Assembly (NCBI GenBank): GCA_040880785.1
Contig: JBBEEL010000077.1
Coordinates: 19,857-83,856, forward strand
DNA from: Akkermansiaceae bacterium
GTDB lineage: Bacteria; Verrucomicrobiota; Verrucomicrobiia; Verrucomicrobiales; Akkermansiaceae
DNA: 64,000 nt
Reading direction: 5' to 3'
The notes under the pieces are model-generated. The model did not search any database. It had not been told where the DNA came from and saw nothing but the letters and a program-made list of their open reading frames with translations. Position 1 is the first letter of the stretch. Each line of letters begins with the position of its first letter. The position numbers and the translations under genes were made by a program. Positions 19,180-28,769 of this stretch are shown in pieces.

Positions 19180-22100
19180 TCATTCACTTTGCACCCGGAG
19201 TCGCGTGAAGATCTGGGGTGAGGTTTCGAGCATGGGCGAAATCAAATAAACGCCTACCTGTTCGATGCCAGCGCCGAGGTTCTCGCGGCGGTTGCTCCAT
19301 TGCACATGAGTGGGGCCGGAAAACCAGTCGTTGAGATCTTGGGAAACTTCGATGATGTATCGAATTCCATTTGCCTGATAGGTGGTGCCGATGTTCCCGC
19401 TGCCACCGGCGCGTTGTTGATAGATCAACTCATGGGGCGATGGACCCGCGGCTGGAATGAGAACCTGCTTTGAAAAATCGCTGCCGGAAGTGGGATTAGT
19501 GCCTTGGGCGAATTCGAGGAAATCCGATTGGCCATCGCGATCCGAATCCACGGTGCTTTGGTGGGTGGTGGCGAAGGATTGCATTTCCCACGCATCCGGC
19601 AAGCGGTCGCCATCGAGATCCGGGGTGCTGGTTTGGCCGGCGGTGATCCAAGTGGCATCGGGTTTCTGGTTGTCGAAAGTCGCGCGCACCCAGTTCGCCG
19701 AGCGGGCGACGGGCGAGAGCCGCACCTCATCGATGGACCCGCTGAAATAGTCAGGTGACTGATTCTCACTGCGGCCGATAAAGGCGCGATTGCTTTGGTT
19801 GCTGGGAAGGGTGCCGCTGAAGGGCGCGGAGTTTTTTAAAACCGCATCGACATAGATCCGGGCGGTGGTGCCATCCCAGGTGGCGCAGATGTGGTGAAAT
19901 TGGCCGTCATTAACGGCATCTGGCGAAACCAAATTGACGTTGGTGGGTCCGTTGAAGGGGATAAACTCGGGTCTCCCGGCATTCAGTCGGAACTGCCAGA
20001 CGCGGTTGGACACAACGCCGGTTTGATCCTTGGTGAAGATCGATTGCATGCCGCTGCCGCTGGTGGTTTTGACCCATGCCTCCACGGAAATAAGCGAGGG
20101 ATTGAGGGCGGGTGAATTCGTGACTGCGACGGCCGAACTGCTGCCATTGAAATCCGTACCGCCGGGAAAGGCGCTTTGCGCTGAGGTGCTAAGCCCGGTG
20201 GCCGTGGCGCTGGATCCGGCAGGTGATGAGTCCTGCGCAAAACCCAAGGTTTGATCCAGATGCCACACGCCATTGAACGCGGACCACGTCGCTGCTGGTG
20301 CTGGCGGCGAAACTCCCGCCCGCCCCCACCACACGCGGAGACGGGTGCCGGGTGCGAGTTGTGGGAGTTTCACCCAGATGAAGGAAGTGCCGGCTGGGTC
20401 CCAGCGCTCGACTTCGTGGGAAAAAACCTGTTCGCCATCGACCGTGGAAAAACGCAGGTCGCCATGCGGAGGTGATAGCATTTGATGATGGCTGAATCCT
20501 GGCAGCGTGGCGGCTGACAGTCGAATCAGGATCGGAAAGTTGGCTAAGGTTTCCGTGGCCGTGTAGCCGCTCGTATCGAGGAATGCGCTGTGTGCCCAGT
20601 GCGAGAGATCTTCCTTGGGAGAGAGCGTGCCGCTGGTCGCCGACCACGAAGCGCCATGCACGGTGGCGATGTGGAAGCGATAGGATAAGGAAGTTATGTT
20701 AGATAATCCATGGATTTCGAGTTGATGGCTTCCCGGAGCCTTGGGGCCGAGGTCGATGACTTGCTGCCATGCACTGGGATTTGTCGCGCCATCGGTATTT
20801 CCCAAATAGAGCATCAGGTTTCCCGAACTGAGATTGGAATCCTTGAGGTTGAGTGTTACCGGAAACTGCGTGCGCCCGCCGTAGGAACGGGCGGCGGTTC
20901 CGTGGGTGACGCTGGGAAGCAGGCTGTCCGTGGTGAAGGACCAGACACGGCCTTTTGTAACTGTATTGGATGCATCCAGGGAATCGATACGCCAGAAGTA
21001 AGGAGTGCCAGGCATCAAGGTGCCGGCAGGGCGGGTGGTCGTGAGTTGGCGTCCGAGATACTCGGATGATGCCGGGGTGGCAGCCGCGACGGCGGCTTCG
21101 TTGGTGCCGAAGTAAACATCCTGTTGCACTGCCTCCTGGCCTGCAGTCCATGAGAGTGTGGGCGAGAGATTTACATCGTTTGCCGCATGTTGCGGTGTGG
21201 GCAGAACGGCGGCGCGTGAGACATGATAGTCAAGAATGTGGAGGGGCGTGGGCCCGGTGCCGCTGATGTTGGTTTCTTGCGCATAGATGGAAAAGATGCG
21301 GTCGGCCTCCCAGCGGGCGGTGTCGGTGATGATGTTGACCGTGTTTGCCCTGCCTGTGGGCAGTGCGCCGGAGAGGTTGAGCGTTTGCCAATCGTTCCAA
21401 CTGCTTGCCGGATTTGCCTCGGGATCCGCCGCAGGATTTGCAGCGGCGATGCGGATGTTGGTGGCATCGCCATAGGCAAGAAACAAGCGGCCATCGTCAT
21501 CGGCAGAGAGTTTGGCACGGGTGCCATTTAGTGTGGTTTCATTTTTCCGCCATGTGCCGTTTGTGCCGCGCCAATAGTGGATGAAGCGGGCACCGGAGCT
21601 GAGCGAGGTGGTGAAATCCTGATCGGGTCTGGCATCCGGCAGATGCCAGGCGACGACATGGACGCGGCCTTGTTTGTCCACGGTCATGGCGCTGTTGTTG
21701 ATGTAGTTGCGTCTTTGTGGAATCGTCCAGCCGATGATGCCCGGCGAAATCACGGAAATATAGGTGCTGCCCGAGGTGGCGATGGTGGCACCGAGTTGGT
21801 TTTTCCATGTGCGGCCGACATCGTCGCTGTAGGCATAGAGCAAGTCGTGGTTGCTGCTGGCGTTCGGAGTTTCCCGCCAACACCAAGTGGCGTGAAGGCG
21901 GCCGTTGGCATCGAAGAGCGTGTTGTCGAAATAGCCGTTGCGATCCGTCCCGGAGGCGAAGGTGCCGGTGTAGGAACCGATGCGCGAGGTGTATTGGCCG
22001 ACAAGCGACCAAATGCCCGTGGCTCCATCGTATTCGTAAAGCATCTCATCCCCGCCGCCGGATCCGCCGAAGCGGTAGGTGAAAAGAAGTTTCCCGGAAG

Positions 22101-22659
22101 GTGTGGGAATGAAGCGCGGGTAGGTGACCAGGGTCATCACCGAGCTTCCTGTGAGACGATCGACCACCGGGCCGAAGAGAGCGGGTGTCCATTGGACGGA
22201 TGTCGGATTTTCCGCAGCGCCGGGCACCGAGACCCGGTAGTTCAAATCGTTTCCGTGGTGGTCGAAGGATAAGTGAATGCTGCCATCCCCCGGACAGATG
22301 CCGAGCACGACGTCATTATGGGAATTCACGGTGTCGAAGGTGTAATCATTGAGCACCAGGGTCTCCCAGGTGCCGTGGGGAAGCGGGCGGCGGGCCACGG
22401 CGACCTTGCCGGTGCTGTTGGAAAGGTTTCCCTGATAGTAGGTGGCGTATTGCCAGCCTTTGTAAGTGGTCACGCCGTCCTGCTGGAAGGTCACGCCGTG
22501 GACGGTGGCCACGGAGAAAGTGACGGAGGGAAAATTGTGTGCAAGAGGATCCACGATGGAGTCATGGACGAGCGTGCCGTCACCCGCACGCAGACCGGTG
22601 CCTAAAAAAGCCAGAGCAAGGATGGCGGTGATGATTGGGCGGTGCGGCATGGCGGGCAT
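19180..22659 (-). CDS. Secreted BNR_4 beta-propeller (polysaccharide lyase-like) with DUF2341, LamG-like jellyroll and C-terminal sorting-like module
   Basis: Signal peptide; FQQDGVTTYKGWQY, NSHNDVVLGICPGDGSIHLSFDHH, VTYPRF, HDLLYAYSDDVGRTW. DUF2341: FPILIRL...DLRF...HEVERWD...IWVKLP. LamG: HHICATWDG...FSGSIDEVRLS. Confidence 0.82.
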   Translation of the reverse strand: MPAMPHRPIITAILALAFLGTGLRAGDGTLVHDSIVDPLAHNFPSVTFSVATVHGVTFQQDGVTTYKGWQYATYYQGNLSNSTGKVAVARRPLPHGTWETLVLNDYTFDTVNSHNDVVLGICPGDGSIHLSFDHHGNDLNYRVSVPGAAENPTSVQWTPALFGPVVDRLTGSSVMTLVTYPRFIPTPSGKLLFTYRFGGSGGGDEMLYEYDGATGIWSLVGQYTSRIGSYTGTFASGTDRNGYFDNTLFDANGRLHATWCWRETPNASSNHDLLYAYSDDVGRTWKNQLGATIATSGSTYISVISPGIIGWTIPQRRNYINNSAMTVDKQGRVHVVAWHLPDARPDQDFTTSLSSGARFIHYWRGTNGTWRKNETTLNGTRAKLSADDDGRLFLAYGDATNIRIAAANPAADPEANPASSWNDWQTLNLSGALPTGRANTVNIITDTARWEADRIFSIYAQETNISGTGPTPLHILDYHVSRAAVLPTPQHAANDVNLSPTLSWTAGQEAVQQDVYFGTNEAAVAAATPASSEYLGRQLTTTRPAGTLMPGTPYFWRIDSLDASNTVTKGRVWSFTTDSLLPSVTHGTAARSYGGRTQFPVTLNLKDSNLSSGNLMLYLGNTDGATNPSAWQQVIDLGPKAPGSHQLEIHGLSNITSLSYRFHIATVHGASWSATSGTLSPKEDLSHWAHSAFLDTSGYTATETLANFPILIRLSAATLPGFSHHQMLSPPHGDLRFSTVDGEQVFSHEVERWDPAGTSFIWVKLPQLAPGTRLRVWWGRAGVSPPAPAATWSAFNGVWHLDQTLGFAQDSSPAGSSATATGLSTSAQSAFPGGTDFNGSSSAVAVTNSPALNPSLISVEAWVKTTSGSGMQSIFTKDQTGVVSNRVWQFRLNAGRPEFIPFNGPTNVNLVSPDAVNDGQFHHICATWDGTTARIYVDAVLKNSAPFSGTLPSNQSNRAFIGRSENQSPDYFSGSIDEVRLSPVARSANWVRATFDNQKPDATWITAGQTSTPDLDGDRLPDAWEMQSFATTHQSTVDSDRDGQSDFLEFAQGTNPTSGSDFSKQVLIPAAGPSPHELIYQQRAGGSGNIGTTYQANGIRYIIEVSQDLNDWFSGPTHVQWSNRRENLGAGIEQVGVYLISPMLETSPQIFTRLRVQSE

Positions 22660-22730
22660 TTCGATGAGCAAGGGTTCCTGCAACCAGGGGTGGTGGGAGA
22701 GGGTCGATGTTGCAGGTCAATATTACCCAT

Positions 22731-22749
22731 TTTTCAAAACTGAAAAGAC
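22731..22749. promoter_or_regulatory. Operator-like inverted repeat TTTTCA-N4-TGAAAA upstream of the BNR_4 gene
   Basis: TTTTCAAAACTGAAAAGAC, with a near copy at 28700-28718. Confidence 0.6.
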
Positions 22750-22835
22750 TTTAGATTTTAGAGTTTAACTTGGAAAAAATTCTCCTTGAATTGATGGGGA
22801 TTGCGCGGTTCTTAAAGGTGTATCGTTTATATGTA

Positions 22836-23609
22836 ATGAAAGTTCTGCTCCGAATCCTGAAAACATCCGTCTTGCTGGCCACCGCCGCTGCCGCAGTGGA
22901 ATTCCGCACCTGGACATCCTCGGATGGGCGGCAGTTGCAGGCGGAATTCGTCAAGGCGGACCCTTCTGGAGTCACCGTGCGCAAGGCGAACGGCGAACAA
23001 ATGACGATCACGCCGAACAAACTTTCCGATGAAGATCTGCTCTTCGCCACCAGGAAGGCGAAGGAAGCGGAAGCAGCCGCCGCCGCCGCGAAGCTGGAAG
23101 AGGAAAAATCCGTATCCCAGAAGAAACTCCTGGAAGGTCCGATCACCTACAAGCTTTCTGGAGGGTCCGAAACATGGCCGGAAGACCGGAAAAAACGCAT
23201 TGTCGAGGCGATGGATGCCGCAGTTGCATTCCTCAACAAACATGGCGATTTCAAAAAACACGTGACCGCCAACAATAGTCCGGGCACGCCCACCGCGGAT
23301 GCGAATTATGACGGCTGGATCAATTGGGGTGGGTCCATCAGCCGCCGGGTCGCCCTTCACGAAATCAGCCACACCCTTGGCGTCGGCACCCATCCGGAGT
23401 GGGGCAATCACGTCAAGGACGGTAAATGGACCGGCACCCACGCTACCAAACAACTTCGCGAATTCGACGGTCCGGACGCCGTGCTCCGCGCCGATCGCAT
23501 GCACTTCTGGCCCTATGGCCTGAACTTCGACAACGAGTCCGACCCGAAAAGTGACCTGCGTTTCGTCAAGATGGTCGAAGCCTTGCGCAAAGACATGGGG
23601 ATCCGCTGA
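22836..23609 (+). CDS. Secreted SHD1-domain protein fused to a HEXXH zinc-metallopeptidase-like domain
   Basis: Signal peptide from ATG 22836, SHD1 motif RTWTSSDGRQLQAEFV...KLSDED, then RVALHEISHTLGVG and HFWPYGLN. Confidence 0.75.
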   Translation: MKVLLRILKTSVLLATAAAAVEFRTWTSSDGRQLQAEFVKADPSGVTVRKANGEQMTITPNKLSDEDLLFATRKAKEAEAAAAAAKLEEEKSVSQKKLLEGPITYKLSGGSETWPEDRKKRIVEAMDAAVAFLNKHGDFKKHVTANNSPGTPTADANYDGWINWGGSISRRVALHEISHTLGVGTHPEWGNHVKDGKWTGTHATKQLREFDGPDAVLRADRMHFWPYGLNFDNESDPKSDLRFVKMVEALRKDMGIR

Positions 23610-23616
23610 GATTCAG

Positions 23617-26600
23617 TCAGGGAACGAACTCGATCCGGTAGAACGCCCTTCCGAAATTCGCAGAGTCGGTGTAGCTGGAGGTGGTCCCCGCGCCGCCAGT
23701 GACGGTGCCGAGTGTCGGCCAGTTTCCGCTTTCCAAGGTCAGGCTGCGTTTGACGGTGAAGACGACACCCGGTGCGCTGGGCCAGGTGAGCGTGTGGCCG
23801 GAGATGGTGGCACGGAAGGCGCTGCCGCCGCTGGACGGGTTGAGGTTAAGCCGGAATTCGACCCGGTTCGTGCTGCCGTCGCCGTCCTTGTCGCCGGCGG
23901 GGGTCTGGGCGAGATTGCCGAAGTGCGTTTGCTCCCAGCTGTCGGGCAGGCCGTCCTCGTCGGAATCGTCGATGACGAGATCCACCCGGCCGGGGATGGT
24001 GGTGGAGAGATGGCCGCTGGTACCGGTGAGGGAAAGCGTGCCAAGGGTGATGCTTCCGCCGCAAGTCATCAACGGATAGCGACCGAATGAGGTGCCGGGC
24101 GCGAGCGAGATCTGCACCGTTCCCGCGAGTGTTAGATCTCCGGCGATGGCGACTAGATCCGACGAGACGCCGCCCCGCAGTCTGAGTTGGGAAGAGCTGT
24201 CAAAAAACGCGCTGCCGCCCACTTGCAAGGTTCCGGGGACGCCGGTGGTGAAGCCACGGCCGGTGAGATTGCCCTCCGAGTCAAGGTCGGCGGCGAGGGT
24301 GCCGTAGCCGGAAAGGGTGCCCAAGTTATTCACGGATGCCGCGCCGAAGGTGCCGCCTGCCAGTGAGAGTGTGGCTCCGGCGGTGACTGTGGCAGCGTTA
24401 GAGGAAAGCGTGCTGCCGCTGATGGCAAGCGTGCCCGCCGAGACCTCGAACGCGCCGATGAAGTCGGAGGTTCCGCCCAGCGTCCACGTGCCGGTGCCGG
24501 TCTTGGTTAGATTCAGGCCGGACTGGTCGCCGGAGTTGGAGATGATTCCTGAAAATGTGGTGGACGTGTTCAATTCGCCGACGATGTAGCGGGTCACGGT
24601 GGCGCCGCTTCCGGACTGCCTGCCTTGGAGACGGGTGTTGGGGCCGCCGGAGACCGCGCCGAGGCGGATGGTGATGTTGCCATTACGGTTGGTTAAATGG
24701 GCGCTGCCGCTGCCGAGGTCGAAGTGGGCGCCCGCGCTGCCAAAATTCGCGGCGGTGCTGCCGGCGCTGAGGCGGAGCATGCCGGATCCCGCGCCAAATG
24801 ACAGGGTGCCGGTGAAGCTACTCATGGATCCGTTGATGCTCAGGATGCCGGCGATTCCGCTCAGATTTACATTGGCGCTTCCCACGCTGGACATCGTGCC
24901 GGTGGTGGAATTAAGGATGGCGGTATTTCCGCTGGTGGAAGCAAGGGCGCTGCTGCCGGTAAACACCATCGAATTGGAGAGGAAGGTTTCAGGCGGAAAC
25001 AGGAGTGTGCCGCCATTAACCGTGATGATGCCGGTGCCGAGTGGACTGTTGGTGTTAGTCAGGCTGAGTGTACCGCCGTTCAGGAACGTGCCGCCAGTGA
25101 AGGTGTTGGCCGAAGTGTTGGAAATATTCAGCGTGCCAGTGCCGCTTTTCACCAACTGCGCCGCGCCGGCGAGACTGCCGGTGCCGTTGAAGAGGTAGGG
25201 GTTTCCGCTGTGGTTCACGGTGATGATGCGGGGCTCAAGCCCTGCGGACAAGGTGGCGGTGCGATTGGTGGCGCTGTCGTCGAAGGTGACGTTGTCCAGA
25301 TTGTAGAACTTCTGATCGCCGGACGGGCCGCCGCTCCATGGGGTGGTGTTCGCGATGTCCCAGACGCTGGTGCCGCCGGTCCAGGTCAGGCTGCCGGCGG
25401 TGCCGCCGACGGTGAGCCAGATGCTTTTGGTCGTGGTCGCGCCTGTCGACGATCTGGCTAGGGTGAAGGTCTGCCGGGTGTTCGCGGGAAAGTTGTGGGT
25501 GAACGATACGGTGTTCGCGCTGCTTGTGGGAGCATCAGCCACCAGGGAGTAGGTTCCAGCTGATAGAAAACCGTCAACTGTGTTGAATTTGAAATTAAGA
25601 ACGCCCGTCTGTGAGAGAGAGCCTGCGGTGACGGAGATCCTGTCGTTGGCACCGGTGGGATTCGAGGTGAGGTCGAAAAGCAGGTTGCAGCCGGAGGGCA
25701 GCGTCAATCCGTTAGCGACCGTTAGGGTGCCGATGCCCTGCGGCGCCGCGCCGGGATCGACGGATCCGCCGCTGGCGATGGTGAGCGAGCCGCCGAGCGT
25801 GCCGGACCCGCCGAGGGTGGCGCCGCTGGCGACGGTGGTGGAGGTGGCCCCGAGCGAGCCGTTGACTCGCAGTGTGCCCGCGCTCACCGTCGTGGTGCCG
25901 GTGTAGCTGCTAGATCCACTGAGCGTGAGGACACCGGAGCCGGTTTTGAAGAGATTCGTAGGGCTGTTCGAGCCGTCCTGTCGGGTGCCGTCCATGATGA
26001 CGCCAGCGAAGGTGGCGTTCGTATTGCGAGCCCCGATCGTCCACGTCGTCGCGCCGCCGCCGTTGAGGTAGTTGCTGCGCAACCGGGAATTCGTATCGCC
26101 CGAAAGTTCGCCGAGAGCATAGGTGTTTCCTGATGAATTGTTGGTGGTGAAGAGATCGAGCCCGGAGAGGGCAACCCTCGCGCTGCCGAAACCGTTGAAG
26201 GAACCGCCATTCGCCCGGAACACCATGCGCCCGCCGTTTCCTAGAGAAGTCGCGCCACCTGATAGATTAACCTGCCCGGTGCATCCGGCGGAGGCCCCGT
26301 CGAAATACACCCGCCCCTCGGTGCCGAGATTCGAGGGGGAGAAGATGTTGAAAGTGCCACCACCTGAGAGTGAGCCGTTGAGTTCGGAGCGTTGGGAGAG
26401 GTTGATATTTCCCGTGGATCCGGCGTCTACCTGGAAGTTCTGGTTGAAGGGGATCGCGTTGGTATTGTTGTTCGCCCAGGCCGAGGTGAGGGTGCTGCCA
26501 CCCGAGAACCGGATGGTGCCGCCGCCGAGCGTACAGTTGTTGTTGATGATGGTCGTACCACCGTTGAGGAAGGTGCCTGCGGCGAAGCTGGCGCTGGTGG

Positions 26601-28661
26601 CCAGAGTCAACGTGGTGTCCCCGGCCTTGGTGAGCGTGCCGGTGGAGGCGATGGATCCGCTGCCGCCCAAGGTGTAGTTTTTCGTCCCGGTGACCAGCAC
26701 CGAGCCGGGCGTCTGCGAGGCGGTAATGTTGATTGCCGGCGTGGCGGAGCCGCGGTCGTCGAAGAGCGCGGTATCGCCGGTGCCGAACGCGGTGGCCGCA
26801 CCGGACGGCTGCCTCCAGTTAGACGCCGATCCGTTCCAGGCGTTCGCGACGCCATCTCCGATCCACACCAGGTCCCGGGGCGCGGCGATGGCGGAGATTA
26901 ACAGGGCGAACTGCTGGGTCCACTGGCTGGACTCCGCGTCCACGACGGTGAAGTTAAATCCGGCACGACCGATGGCATCGAGCGTGGGGATAAATTTCAC
27001 GATCGGTCCGGCGGGTGATGGCGCGGTGCCGTTAGGCAGGAACTGTTGGACCGTGCCGTTGACGATGCCGGTAACCGTGAAGGCGGGCGCGTTGGTGAAT
27101 CCATCGGTGAATTTCCGCAGGTCGATGGTCTGGGAGGATGGCGCGATGGCGGTGTTTTTCACCACGGTGGCATGTGGCACAGCGCGGAAATGCAGGTATT
27201 CCTCAAGATAGGTGTAGCCCAGGGGTGTCGATGCGGGAAAGAAGGTGTTAGTAATCTGGCCGGCGGTGAAGACGGTGTTGTGATCGTCCAAGGCGACGTT
27301 GAAGGCCATGCCGTTCAACCCGTTCAAGGTGATCTCCCAGACGTCGGGCATGCCGTCGAGGTCGGAGTCGGTGGGCGGGGTAGTACCGTTGAGGGTTCCG
27401 AAGCCGTTGTTGGTGATGCCGTACTGGTCAGCGAGCAGTTGTTCGCCGTTGGTCGTCCGGGTGGGATCCTCGCCGGCGATTTTGCCATCCTTTTGGACGA
27501 GGATGCTGTATTGGTTCACCACACTGTCCGTAAGTAACGAGTCGAGTTCGTCACGGAGCGGACCGGTGAAGTTCGCGTCGAGTCGCAGCGGGGACGCGGA
27601 GGAGATGACTTTTTTGTAGGCCGTTTTCGGATCATCGACGGTGACGAGCGCAGCGCCGGTCGCTCCGGCGAAGGGTGTGGCCGATTTATAATAACGGTTT
27701 GCACCGACGGCATCTCCCGGTGTGAACTCGGAGCCCGAGACGATGCCGTAGCCCCGGTTGGTGCCATCCACGAGCCCGTTGTCGTTGTTGTCGAACAAGG
27801 TGTCATTCAGATAGAGGCTGAAATTCGGCACTCCGTTCGTCGCGACCTGGGCTTTGACGAGAGCGGTGCTCTTGATGCCGAAATTGTCATCCGGATCTTC
27901 GATCGAAATATAATAGCAGCCGCGCACGTTCGCCTTCCAGTTCGCCGGGGTCTGCGAATCGCCCATGATGAATCCTTCGCTGCGCCAGTGGAAGGTGACG
28001 TTGTTGATCCATTCTAACATTCCTGGGCGAGCCTTGGGGTTGCGCGTCCGGTGGTGTGCCCAGAGGGTGTGGTGGCAGGAGCCGTTCTGGAGATCCCAGA
28101 GGCCGCCGGCGTTGTGCCGCTCCATGCCCCACGAGGTGTTGGAGTACTGCATGGTGAAGTTGTTCACCGAGCTGTTGAAAAAGGAGAAGTTCTCGTCGGT
28201 GCTGAACATCATCGAGATGTGGTCGAGCATCGTGGAGGACGCGGTGCTGGCGATGTTGAGGCAATCGCCGCCGGTGCCGTTTCTGCCGTGGCGGATGCGG
28301 AAATGGCGCATGACCGAGTTTGATCCACTGATCAGCATGCGCCCGCCCCGGAGGCCTACTCCGTCACCGGGGGCTGTTTGGCCGGCGATGGTGACCTTGG
28401 AAGGGACATCGAAGTTCGTATCCGAAACCACGGGGATGTAGCCGCTGACTGCGAAGATAATGGTGCGGCCCGTGGCCGGCGCGGTGTCGAGTCCGGTGCG
28501 GAGGGAACCCGCGCCGTTGTTGTTCAGGTTCGTGACGTAATACACATCTCCGCCGCGGCCGCCGGTCGCGTAAGCTCCGAAACCCTGGGCACCGGAAAAG
28601 CGGGGATCTGGGCGGCCGCTGGCAGAAGGCCTGCTGCTAGAAGAATGGCGATGGGTTTCAT
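23617..28661 (-). pseudogene. PL1-type pectate lyase with autotransporter-associated beta-strand repeats; one-base frameshift just after the signal peptide (real or an assembly error)
   Basis: MKPIAILLAAGLLPAAAQIPAFP (ATG 28661) joins GAQGFGAYATGGRGGDVYYVTNL only if one base is added at ~28592 (TTT CC GGT). Motifs VTIAGQTAPGDG, LDHIS, TDEN and HHRTRNPKAR follow, then LxKxGxGTLTL repeats and C-terminal RAFYRIEFVP. Confidence 0.85.
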
Positions 28662-28699
28662 GGGTCGGTGCGGAATGGGGCCGCGGAAAGTTCTTGCGG

Positions 28700-28718
28700 T
28701 TTTTAAAGCTGAAAAGAC
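28700..28718. promoter_or_regulatory. Second copy of the TTTTYA-N4-TGAAAA operator-like box, upstream of the PL1 gene
   Basis: TTTTTAAAGCTGAAAAGAC lies just downstream of a TTGCAA -35-like hexamer on the minus strand. Confidence 0.58.
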
Positions 28719-28769
28719 GGTTTTTTGCAATCCTCTTTCCTTCCTGACCGCCACCTTCGTGATTTTGGG

